A stretch of DNA of 63,961 bases, the filler included, from Choristocarpus tenellus KU-1152 (lineage: Eukaryota > Protista > Phaeophyceae), in assembly GCA_964200185.2 (NCBI GenBank). It is 14 parts of 14 records of this genome, joined end to end, with 100 filler letters (N's around TTAATTAATTAA, not from the genome) between each part and the next. Parts side by side here need not be neighbours in the genome. Positions count along the whole stretch, not along the records: positions 10,425 to 13,049 come from CAXNAD020026174.1; positions 13,150 to 16,711 come from CAXNAD020019248.1; positions 16,812 to 19,739 come from CAXNAD020023591.1; positions 19,840 to 28,486 come from CAXNAD020004486.1; 10 more parts are not named here. The stretch is one strand, 5' to 3'. Position numbers and translations under genes: made by a program. The notes under the pieces were generated by a model, which saw only the letters and a program-made list of their open reading frames with translations, was not told the origin of the DNA and did no database searches. Within the stretch, counting starts at the first letter, position 1, and the number at the start of each line of letters is the position of its first letter. Shown piece after piece: positions 12,087-23,555 of this stretch.

Positions 12087-14756
12087 CGCTACCACTTTGC
12101 ACAGTATTGCGCGGGGGGGAATAAAATTTGGAGCGTGTCCATATCGTGTCTGTTTGTGCAGGCGATCTCATGTGAATCGATGTAGCGTGGTGGAAAGTAA
12201 CGCCGTCTACGCCTAACCCGAATTTGGGCTATATATTTAGAAAGCAATAACGAGATAATTCCTAATGGGAGGTGCATGTTCGTGCTTTCACCAAAGCCGA
12301 GTACAAGAGACGTTGAACCTGTTTATCGAGAGGAACGCGTACATCGAAATTGGCGGGATACGTTACACATTGTGAACTGCCACTTGTCGAGGAAGGCTCG
12401 ACCTCGGATGGGTGTGTTGGGTACAGCACGCTATGCGACAATGGTTGGGTTAGGAGCCGTGACTACGGGGTCATATAACCGCTTGGGTACATGATGATGC
12501 CAGCCACATGCTAACGCATGCTATGTGAACGGACGAAAGGCGCAATGTATTTCAAAGGCGCTAAATCATGACGGTGTTTGCGATATTGGTCATTCAGAAA
12601 CCCTCCCAAATGAGCTGCACAAAGGGTGCACGTTTCTGGTAGGGGGACTCACCTTCTGATTCCCTTTGGAGGCATGGCGGTGTTCAGTGGTTGGACTAAG
12701 CCTCTCCTTTGATCGCGAGATGTCTGCATCGGGTGGGCATGTTGCAAATGGGACAGGGGAAACCAACAGAAGGAGAGAGAGAAACTTTTTTGCGCATCGA
12801 GTCAGGTCCAGAGAGGATGGCATGTCACGGTCGAGTTACATCATCCTCGAGCTGTACGCACCTGATCATCTTGCACGAAGAAGAATCCCTGTCATTTCTT
12901 CGGTTGTATAACGATTTCACAATAATCACTAAAAGAACAACCAACCTTACTGAATGTTGGACCCCTAGAAGATATTGCATATACTGTGAATCGTGTGATT
13001 CTGTGGCGGCGTGGTTCACTCAGGCAAGGGTGGCGAAGAGAATCACCGGNNNNNNNNNNNNNNNNNNNNNNNNNNNNNNNNNNNNNNNNNNNNTTAATTA
13101 ATTAANNNNNNNNNNNNNNNNNNNNNNNNNNNNNNNNNNNNNNNNNNNNGTATGATTCGTGCTGGGGGGCATGAGACAGGCAATAATTGGATGATACTTG
13201 GCACTCTAGGAAAGCTGTACTTTAGAGAGAATGAATATGTCCTCAGAATTAGGCTAGACACACGCAGATTTCCCCAAGTAGGATAAGGATACATGTTTAG
13301 GCCTAGTAGAAGTTTGGCATATTTTTCTGCTCTTCCTTCTCCCTGCTACAGGATGATTTGAGGCGATTGATGAGGTCTATTGTCTTCACCAGTAACAATC
13401 ACTTGTAGTAAACGTTGTTACATAGGATACATTCTTCTTTTGTTTTATATTCTTGATTTTCTTATTTTCTTCATTTTGTTATCCTGAAGGTCCAGCCCAA
13501 AAGAACAGGCATATTTAGATTAGGCAGACACAATATGAATAAGAGTACATCCTATGACCTTGTGGATGGACTCTTTTTAAAAGAATTGTGGAGATGAATA
13601 ACATTTGCGACTAAGGTGATCGGAACTGGGGTCCCATTCATTTTAGGCCATGTCAGAGATGGATACTGTGCAACTTTTGAAGATGCTTCAGAAAGAGCAA
13701 GTATACACTCAGACTAGCCGAAATATAAATTATAATCTGTGCCTCTTAGGATAATCCCAAGAAAAACACGGATAGGTGTTGATCGATTCCGGACCTAGTT
13801 GAAGTTATATATTTTTAATAAAAATATATACTCTAATTAGCTCAGACATTTATTGATTGACTGTGTCTTAAGACCTTTGAGGAAATATTGTCGAGAAGAA
13901 ACTGGGAGATATGTCAATCATTGGTTGGAACTATCTGGAATTTGGAACCAAGGTCCCTGGGTTGGAAGCAACTGATGAGTTTGGAACTGGAGCCCCTATT
14001 TTGCTTGATGGCAACTAACTCATGCTGCTACAGCATGATCTGAGGTGACAGGTAATATCTATTGTCTTAACCGGTGACAATCGCCTGTATTAAGCGTGAA
14101 ACATGTATACCTCGTTCACTCTGGGGGGCATGTCACAGGCGAATAGCGTGAGTATTTCTTCTCGCGTTTTAACCAGCACGAGCAGTATACGTGCGTGGGG
14201 AACCCCAAAAGAGGAAACTCCGATTTGCCTAAATGCTGCAGAATAAACTGTAACTCGGGTAGTTGCAGAGGGTCATGGATGGATGGTCAGAAAGGGTTCT
14301 CAGATACATACCAGTATTTGCAAACCCGAACAATCCCCCAACGGCAAATGATGATTAGAGTTCCTAAAAATGGCTCAAACCATATCAGTTCTTCTGATCT
14401 AACAAGACCCACATATCTCACTCTTACTGATGTCAAACCTTATATACACTTTATACCGATTGATTCATTGAGAGTACCCCTGTTCTGCTGAGCTGACGTT
14501 CGATAATCTGTGAATTGGACTTGACTTGTACATCCAGGAAAGTTGAGCATTGAGGGGCACCTGTAACATATTCTCTCTGGTTTGAAGAGACAAGGTAGGA
14601 CCTCCATTTTGCAAAACATCTTATACCTTACCTTCACGGGATATGTAGCTCCGATGCACGACCACGGCAAATGATGAGGCACGTAGAGGGTGCCTGTGAT
14701 GTATTGATATCCTGATCACCAACGAAAGTGGTGGTTATCAGGTCGACAGATAAAGT

Positions 14757-15760
14757 TGTGGAGGATACGATACGAATTACTGATATTTTTAACCGAAAAT
14801 ATTCGGAATGATAGTTGATATCTTAGCGGACTACTTACTGACAATCATAGATTGATGTTCGTATATGTTCGAGATGGTCTATATTGTGATGGAGGTTCAG
14901 AAACATTTTTTGTACTTCTTGCTAGTGATTCTTTCAAGAAACATGTGCTAAACCAACTCCCACCATACAAAATAGTATCACTATTCTCCTTTCAATCATG
15001 TGATCACATTCATTCAGGAAAGGGGGATCGGGTGACCGTCCCATCTCTTTTCTCTTCTTCCATACTCACCCAAATAGCAGCCTAAATCTGCACAGGTGAT
15101 GAGCCTCAACTGTATGGAGAACGATATGAAGAAGTTTCCCATCTTGACTGCAGCTTCAGGTCGGTCAGTGGGGACCTGCACAACATGGAGACTATCTGTG
15201 ATGGGTTACACCAGTGGAATGTGTCTGTGCGATATTCTGCGGCGAACATACAAGGTCCCTGAAGAGCCAAAGCATTTAAAAGGGTGTGAGTTTTGCCCTG
15301 TTTGTCTATTCGGGGCTTGACTTCCCAAGGCATTTCTGTGCAAACATTTCAAAATTCGATTTAGGTAAAATTTGTATGACTATGAAAGGTGTATCCAGAG
15401 GAAGGATATTGATAGTCGCTAATGAACACTATAGCCAAAATTCATCAAAATCGAAACATTGGATTTATGACCCTGAACAGACGGGACCCCACCCTTACCC
15501 TCTTCTTGCTGTCTGAACTCACGGACACACCAACAGAATAGGAACAAAGTACACACGAGAACTATGAGAAGAACAACAGACTTTTGTGGTTTCTGCTGGT
15601 CCAAGCGGCAAGAGGGTCGGTCCACGGCAGCAATCATAGAGAGATTCGAAAACGCCAAGAATCCAAACGGCGGGGGGAGCATTGATGGAATTAGAAAGAT
15701 TCTATGGAACGGATAGTACAGATTTCGTAGTCCAACTTGGAAGAACATTGACAGAATACA
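14757..15760 (+). mobile_element. Decayed Ty1/copia 5' LTR (14757-15094), PBS and gag pseudogene
   Basis: The LTR runs TGTG...CTGCACA and is followed by GGTGATGAGCC (degenerate half-tRNAiMet PBS). Gag-like translation MSLNCMENDMKKF...WRLSVMGY...YKVPE/LTDTPTE*...NYEKNNRLLWFLLVQAARG...IIERFENAKNPNGG..LMELERFYG. Homologous to 43629-44227. Confidence 0.75.
15264..15513 (-). mobile_element. Diverged Sola2-like MITE inserted in copia gag, TSD TGAA
   Basis: Internal sequence matches the family in reverse orientation. TGAA lies at 15260-15263 and 15514-15517, and excision restores the gag frame (KVPE|LTDTP). Confidence 0.85.
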
Positions 15761-15990
15761 AGGAGCTGAAGCGAGCAATTAGGGATCAAGGACGTCATGC
15801 TGAACATTATCCACAACTGGTCACAAGGCCCGATATGAGGTACGAGGGTCTGAAGCGGGCAACAAGGCATCAAAGACGTCATGCTGAACATTCTCCTCAG
15901 CTGGTCACAAGGCCCGATATAAGTTACGAAGGTCAGAAGCGGGTAATAAGGCATCAAGGACCCCATACTGAACATTTTCACACAACTCCC
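15757..15990. repeat. 84-bp tandem repeat, ~2.7 units
   Basis: Unit TACGAGGGTCTGAAGCGGGCAA..AGGCATCAAGGACGTCATGCTGAACATT.TCC.CA.CTGGTCACAAGGCCCGATAT, giving 28-aa periodicity in ORF 15682-15993. Confidence 0.85.
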
Positions 15991-16571
15991 TAACACCCAA
16001 TACAACTTGTAAGGACCTGAAGCGGTCTATTTGTTAATACATAGATTACTTGTCTTTTTTGAACTTGAGACGATACAGTTCGAAATGTCCGAGGGCATAA
16101 AAATAAATGCACTATTACCAGTTCATCATACTGACTGTTGATTCGCACATCGGTACTGGTCGTTACTCACATTTCCAACATAGCATCAACAACTATTGTT
16201 AGAACATGATATAGGAAGAAGTATGGAACAAGTCCACATCAATCAAACATACAAGTATAGTATATGCTGTATCAATTGTAGATAGTAGATGTTGATTCAA
16301 GTTTGTTTCTTTATTTCTCTTTTAATCTTCACATCAGAACCACCAATTATGTCTCATATGTTTATTCTTTTTTTTCTGCTTACTCTTTCTTTCACTTACA
16401 GTTCGAGTTCACTCTACACTGTAAAAAAATAAAGCTACAGTACCTACCCAGATTTTATGCCAACTATTATGAACCAAATCAAAAAAATATACAATTTGTT
16501 TTGCTCACGAATTCTGGATTATTATTATTATTTTGCACATTCCTATTTTCTTATTCCTCTATCCTCTATTC

Positions 16572-16711
16572 CCCATTTGATGACCAACCAGTGCGAATGC
16601 CCTTCGTCAGTGGTTGCCAGCAATCCCCCCATTTGGTGACCAATCGGTGCAAATACCCTTTGTCACTGATTGCCAGCCATCCCCCCATTTGATGACCAAC
16701 CAGTGCAATGC
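16572..16711. repeat. ~56-bp tandem repeat running into contig end
   Basis: CCCCATTTGATGACCAACCAGTGC.AAT.CCCTT.GTCA.TG.TTGCCAGC.ATCC, ~2.5 units. Confidence 0.85.
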
Positions 16712-17294
16712 NNNNNNNNNNNNNNNNNNNNNNNNNNNNNNNNNNNNNNNNNNNNTTAATTAATTAANNNNNNNNNNNNNNNNNNNNNNNNNNNNNNNNN
16801 NNNNNNNNNNNCAAAAATCGAGACATGAAAAAGTTGCCCCCAAATGGACAGCCGCCACCCCCTCCCAGATAATTTGAGTCTCCTGTTGTAGTAGCGCACG
16901 TATGTATATATGGACGGGAGATGTGTTGGAGGTAGATATAAGGTACGGGGGATGGAATCGTAGAGGGATCGTATGCCAGCAGCGGATCTCTAATTCTGTA
17001 GGTATTTACGTGTGGTAACTGCAGCAGCAGCGCAGGGACGGCCGGATGAGATGATATTGATTGAAGCACAAACCAACATATCACACATGTACATACACAC
17101 ATATGTAAAACGTAACTCCACGCTGGAGGGATCTCTGACTTTGTACATCAGACATCTTGGTGTGGTAACTGCAAACTGAATGTGGCGAGTACGGTCGGAT
17201 GACATTGTTCTGAGATAGGACTACTGTTCAATCATCAAGCAGGGGGAAAAATATACTAGGTACAAATAACACTGTGTATTTACATCAAACCCAC

Positions 17295-17770
17295 CTCTCC
17301 ATGCCGGATGATGCTCTTGCGTTAGGTGTACCTTTGCAAGCATCGATGACAAGATTGGATATTCCGAACGATGCCTTGAAAAACTGCGTACAAACGGGAA
17401 TGCCGGCCGCGAGCATAGATCCGCCTCCAGGTCCCAACTTAATGACAGATACACGGTCACCAATGAAGTGCTTGTGATCGCGGCGGTTCTCACATGCCCG
17501 GATTATGTCCTGCTCTTTGGCCAATGTGCGTGCAAGGAAGGACTCGCTATCTGCTGCGAACTTCTTCACACAGGCTAAGCGCTTGCAGCAGTTACCCTGT
17601 TCGTTGACCGGGATTGGTTGAGCCCATTCTCGGCGAAGCTTGGCGCCGATCGCTGGAGCGTCATTGGTAGAAAGCTCCAGCGCATCATTGTTGGCGGGCT
17701 GATGAGGGGGCAACACAGGGGGCGGCACAGGTGACAAAAGCCACCCCCTTGCTGTGGGAGCAACTTTCAT
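17295..17770 (-). CDS. First exon of a Sola-type DDD transposase (N-terminal Cys-rich domain)
   Basis: ATG in ACACCATG context. Translation contains CCKRLACVKKF ... EQ ... FI ... GIPVCTQFFKASFGIS, the CC-x4-C / VC..F....GIS signature I associate with Sola transposase N-termini. Ends at donor AG|GTGGGT. The catalytic core is not in this contig. Confidence 0.65.
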
Positions 17771-17851
17771 GGTGTTTTCGGGCAACAGGCGGTCTTGGGC
17801 AGTGAGAAGGTCTAGGAGTGAATTGAATTCGAAGCCGGGCATATGAACCAT

Positions 17852-18625
17852 GTTTGAGCTTTGGGCGATCCGTGGGACCACCCTGAGATCCATGATCCGA
17901 AAAAAACGTACATTAGGTTTTTTAGTAATTGTATATCCGATTATATCCGTAATTTCAAGAATTAAAATACAAAGAACATACTTAATTGATCTTGTACGTT
18001 TCCAATGTTCCGAAACCAAAAGGTAAAAAAAGAATGACACCCTCTAATTATTTTAAGTACAAAATCCTATATTGTTCGACATTTGCATTTTTAAAGATAA
18101 GAATTTCGACAAAAAGCGGTTTTTGAGATTTGGGCGATCTGTCGGACCACCCGAAACCCTTGAACCGCCAAAACACGTGCATGAGGGTTTTTAGAAATGG
18201 TAAATTCGGTTTTACCCATTCTTACAATTAAAAAAAATACAAAGCACGTACTTTATTGGTCTCATACGTTTCTAATGTTCCGAAACTAAAAGTTCACTTT
18301 CAACTGGTACCCGATAATTTTAAAAAATACTAAAACCGCTTTTTGAGTTTCGGGCGATCCGTCGGACCACCCAAAACCCTTGAGCCGCCAAAACACGTGC
18401 ATTAGGGTTTTTACGAAATGATAAAAATATTCTATTCTTCATATCAACAAATACAAATACAAACCACATACTTCACTGATGTAATACGTTTGAAACGTAC
18501 CAAAACGAAAAGGTCACAAAAAACTGACACTCTCTATCTGTTCTAAATATGGAATCGTATACTGTTCGACATTCGTATTGTTTAGAACACAATTATCAAC
18601 GGAAAGAGAAATCTGAGTTCTTTGG
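17852..18625. repeat. Array of three diverged ~220-280-bp units between the transposase and ParB-like genes
   Basis: TTTGAG.TT.GGGCGATC.GT.GGACCACCC recurs at ~17853, ~18122 and ~18342, each followed by AAATACAAA..ACATACTT.ATTGAT...ACGTTT..AA.GT.CC.AAAC.AAAAGG. Confidence 0.85.
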
Positions 18626-18756
18626 GGACCGACCGACCAGATGAAATAAGGCAGCACCTCCCAGCCCTCACTCCTCATATCCATTCCTTCCCTTCCGCAC
18701 ATACCACCAGCAGCTCTTACTTATTCTATCCCAGTCACACCTTCCCAATCTTCGCT

Positions 18757-19662
18757 ATGTCCAACATTCGCTCAACAACGACCCCCCTGCCCGCCGATGG
18801 TGCTGCCCACGGATCAAGAGCATCGTGCAGCAATGCTAAGGGCATGTCCTTGCTCCTTGAACATCACTACCTCGGCACGTACAAGATGAAACTCGGCAAC
18901 ATCACATGCACGGAGATGGTGCGTCCCCTGAGCGAGCGTGGCCTTGCGCACGTCAGCAAGTCTATCCGTGAAAAAGGCTGGCTCGAGCAGTTTGCTCCAT
19001 CTATTGTCATCCAACGAGACTGCTTAGGCAATGGAGACCAGCTCACCGCCGACACTGCGCTTGCCGTTCAAGGACGAACACTGGACAGAAACCATAAAAT
19101 AACGGTGTTGAAGAGAGAGTTTGATCCCGAACACGCTTTCATGATGCGGGTCTACATGGAGTTCAACCAAGCAGAAGAGAGGCTAATTGCCAACGGTGGG
19201 TTATGGAGTTTTGTCATTGATTAATGATCGCCTGACTCTTCTGATCAACTAAGCAACTAAGTAAGTTGAGTGTGGTCGTTGTTCCATGACCGCCTGATGA
19301 CTCTTCTGATCTACCAAGTTGTTGCCGTGTTTACTTTGTTTGGTTCATCGTCAGTCAGCCTGTTGTTGATTTTTTCGTTGTTGATCTTTTTTATCCCTCG
19401 AGGTTGTGGTCTTTCTGTCGGCAGCAACATGTTGCTCACTGCTGCCTGCTGCGTGTGTCCCGCGACCGCCTCCCACCTACCCCTTGCCCCGTTCACCCAC
19501 TGTACCGCCACGCTTATAGCATTCAACGACGCGACCGAGAGTGTGGTTGAACGCACACTGTATGATAAAGTATGTTTTCAGCATGAACTCGAAGAAGCTA
19601 TCAAGCGACAGACAAAGAAGAAAGAAGTGTCACTAGCAGAGATCCACAAAATGTACAAAAAG
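18757..19662 (+). CDS. ParB/Sulfiredoxin-like domain protein (exons 18757-19195 and 19520-19662; continues past contig end); possibly a decayed copy
   Basis: VRPLSERGLAHVSKSIREKGWLEQFAPSIVI ... RTLDRNHKITVLK ... EERLIAN|AFND matches the ParB N-terminal pattern R......L..L..SI...G....P.V ... IDGNHR..A. The GT-AG intron keeps the frame (G|CA). Confidence 0.65.
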
Positions 19663-20138
19663 GTGAGGGAGTTGTCAACATTGGTGGGATGGTGGCGCTC
19701 TACTCCTCCTCTTGTTGGGTTACAGCTGTATCTCTGTATNNNNNNNNNNNNNNNNNNNNNNNNNNNNNNNNNNNNNNNNNNNNTTAATTAATTAANNNNN
19801 NNNNNNNNNNNNNNNNNNNNNNNNNNNNNNNNNNNNNNNACCTTCAAGTGCAATCCAGTTTATGTCAATAATTTGTACTATAGTTCGATCACCACATCTT
19901 CGGTAATCATCTCACACACACATGCATGCAAAATTTCCATCACTATTCATTTTTCATCGTCAATGAGAGGAGACAAAGTAAATCCAACACCCCATGGGGT
20001 ACACACCACTACCTTCACCCAAAAATTCCGATGTTTGTGTTGTCTAGGAAAATTACCCCCCCTCCCCCTCCCCTTTATTTTCCCAAGATGAATGAACGTA
20101 ACACACGTAGGAACCCTGCCTGACAGCAATATCCACAC

Positions 20139-22328
20139 CTGAACAGGGGTTGCCGGGGTTGCTGGTGATGCTTGGATGGTACCGAGCCATGATGGCACTT
20201 GGCGCCTTCGTAGAGGCATGGAGTCCTGCATCCCAGCACCTGCTGAAATTCTGGAAGTCCGTGCTCTCTTTCCTGGGTCACCCCTCAACGGTGTATCTTG
20301 AGGTTGTGTAATGAAGGGTTCAACATTTTCAACTGCATGGGTAGGGTGGTTGTGGTCTACTCCATCATCCCCAGCAAAGCTGCTTGAAGATGCTGCGATA
20401 GCCTCCCTACATGTCCTCAGGGACCTGTTGCGCAGCAGTGAGGTGGGTGAAAGGGTCAGAAAGGTGGGGGGTACATTTGCTAAGTGGCGCAAGGGTTAGT
20501 CTCTACGGGAGACACATTGCTCCCTACAAAGAAGATTTCATTTGGATGGCATGGTTGTCTCTGCTATGTTGTAACTGAAGAATAGGAAAATCATCAACTG
20601 TGTATATGTTGCCTTGTCTGCCAGGTTTCTTCAATGTAAATGCGACTAAAAGTAGGTAGGTACATTAGGCCATTACAAAAAAGCAAGTCTACTTCCCAGG
20701 ATTAAGGACTTTTGGGGGGATAAAGCAGCAAGGAGAGCAGCTCGAGTGCTCAGAGGGAGGTTTAGAACAGTACATGAAGTGTTTAGATGATGACATGGAT
20801 AGCCTCATGTTATGGGGTGGAGTTAGCTTCATTGGACGTATGACCAGCACAATCAGAAAACATTTGTGCAACCTGAAGTACAAAGATAATCCCTTACTGT
20901 CATACCTGAGATCCCAAATCTGTAAGAGATCATCACCACCATCACCCATGCCCAAGGCCCCGAGGGCTATTTGTTGCCGCTCTGGTGCACAGATCACAAT
21001 GTTGGGTTCGCCAGGGGAGAAGCAGACAGAGTTTATTTGTCTACCCACTCTCACTTTGGACATGGGTTTGTTGGAGGCCACAGGATCCCACACAAACAAG
21101 TTCCCATCCGTGCTGCAAACACAAGCAGGAACAAAACCAACAGAAGCAAGAAATGGGGATGCAGGGGTTGTGTATCAGACAGGACCATTCAAGTGGGGTT
21201 TTGAGATCCAGAGATCCAGAGATCCCACTAAGGCAGTAGTGAAAGGCTATTACCACCTTAGTGGTAGAACAGTTTCTCCGTGTCTTTCTAGAGAGATACC
21301 ATCGATAGAAGTAGGATGTGCTAGTATTAGTGTGAAGGGAAAGTCAGTGTGGTCATTGGAGGCATTTACACAGGGATAGAAAAAAAGATAGGCATCAAAG
21401 AGGAACAGTTTTGAAGAAACAGATCTTATTTTGTACACTATAATAGTCCTACACCAGACCTGCTCGAGACTATGTACTGGTCACAGGAAGCTGTGTCACA
21501 GTCAGTGACAAAGCCATCATGCCCATGTAGAGCTACTCGTCCTGCATCTTGTGCCTCCAGATCAGTTGTGACATACAGAACACCATCGTCGCTTGCTGTG
21601 ACAAAACCCTGCCGCTCTGGCAGAAGCTTTATCCTTACTCATTTTCCAAACGCCATAGTTATGGATGGAAGGTGGGTTAGGGTGAGTGAGTGCGCACTAC
21701 AGTTGCTCGGGCCTCTACTGTAGAGTGCAGCAGGCATTTTAGGCGAGAAGGTGGGGATAAGAATGTCTGACAGGAGGTGTTTATAAAAGCTGTGGCTTTC
21801 TCACAGAAAGGAGCATAACTTGGACTCTATAAGAGCACCTCAAGTATCTAATGAGCACTAGTCTGCAAATATATTGAGCCAGTTCTCCTTGCATTGTCCT
21901 CTCTTCATGTAAAGACTATTACCGACTTGGAAAAATCATTTTCCCGTTTCAGCTTCATCGCCCTCCTCTCTAAGAAGGAAGCGCAAGTAGATGGAACCAA
22001 GCCAATACCCTTTTCTCATTCATCAGAAATCAATTAATCACCATCCACGCCATCAATAGAGCTGCACAATACTCCGCAACAAACGCAACAATGACGACAG
22101 CCACCCTTGTCTTTCTTCTCACGTGTTCACGCAGGACCCATGTAACCTAAAGGGAACAAGGTTGGGTGGCGACGACCACTCCTGGGCGTTCTCAACTGTC
22201 CCGGCCCCAGGGACACGTTGTACAGCGACACCCCCGTCCTCGTCACCAGCAATTAGAAGTGTGGGCCCTGTCGATGAGAGAGATGATGGCAAGGGGGTGG
22301 GAGTTGCAGAGAGGTGAGACGACTCATT
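20139..22328 (-). CDS. WD40-repeat protein, internal exons 22328-22123, 21633-21460, 21112-20906, 20424-20139
   Basis: Phase-consistent GT-AG splicing gives LLIAGDEDGGV...LHGSCVNTIKLLPERQGFVTASDDG...LHGHDGFVTDCD...YIVSSSTDGNLFVWDP...INSVCFSP...LLQIWDLR. The gene is incomplete at both ends. Confidence 0.88.
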
Positions 22329-22899
22329 CTGTCGTACAGTTGTGAAGGGGGCGTGGTGAACAAAGAAGGGAAGGGAGCAGAAGAAGATCTAAGTATCGAA
22401 GATTCCACAACTCTCCTCAGAAAGAAATTTCATGGGGAATCATCCTGATTATAATGCGGCGGAGAACTGTGGCAGGAGGGACTACAGAAGGGTCCATCTT
22501 ATAAAGTTCTTACACAGAAGAAATATTTTTGTGCATTACCTCCCGCATATGTCTCGTCCACAAGGCACAGGCTTGTCACAGCAGATATTCCATTGCTAAA
22601 CCGGACACATGGGGCGGTCCAAGCTCTCCGACGCACGTACTCTGGTAACGATGCGCTAATGGTGCGAGAGACCTACAACAGCGATAGGTTGCTAGGAAAT
22701 TGGAAATTTTGCGTTCAGGGGATCCGCCCGTGTTTCTATTGAGGGACAAACGAAAATATGGTTAAGCCCCAAGTCACGAAGTGGAACATAGGCCATCTGT
22801 GAAAATATCAATCTAGCAACATCAGACTATATCAGTATATGGTAGATAAATTAGTACAGTATCAGGTGTTGCCATAATACCAATAGTGTGCGATGCAAA

Positions 22900-23380
22900 C
22901 ATACGTGAGACTAGGTCGTCATCCGTCATCAAAAAGGAAGTCAAAATCTCGCACTCACTGGTTGGAGGTGCCAATACTGCCAGGCATTCCTTCGTCCAGC
23001 AGTTGCACCGCCAACCCGTGGCATGTCACCCCTGCCAAAGAGATGTAACAGTAAGGGAGGTAGGGTGGACTGAAGGCATTCAAATTTAAATATGCAAATA
23101 CCGAAATGCCTTTTTGATCATGTAAACCCGTGTGGGTTCTTCAATATCAGAAGGAGTTGATAGATAACAGTTTGACGTTTGGGGTGAATGAGGTGTAGCA
23201 CGTCCAGGAAGGAAGCAAGCCCCCTAGCCTGAAATGACTCTGTTCGATTCGTGCTCCGGAAATGCATTCGCTCCTCCTGATGTGAGCAAGTAATCCTTGC
23301 AATGTTCTTATTTCGCATCACATTCTATTCCTCCACAACTTCCCCACCACAATACACCATACTTCTCGTTACCATGAAGT
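22900..23380 (-). mobile_element. Short decayed LINE fragment (post-RT region)
   Basis: Broken translation EVWCIVVGKLW...IARITCS...ESFQARG resembles the LINE 'YG.EVW...KLE..Q..AAR.I' segment. Confidence 0.3.
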
Positions 23381-23555
23381 AACAGATCAACTTTAATTAC
23401 TGGCAGTCTCGAACCTTTTCTGAATCGTTGTAAAGCTAGAAAATGTGCCAGGACAAGAAGGCAGGAAAGTCCTGTTATCAGGCTGTGCGTTCGATCTCTC
23501 TACCACATCACCCCACCCCTTATCGCCTTCCTCCCATTTCGGGGAACAATTTTAG

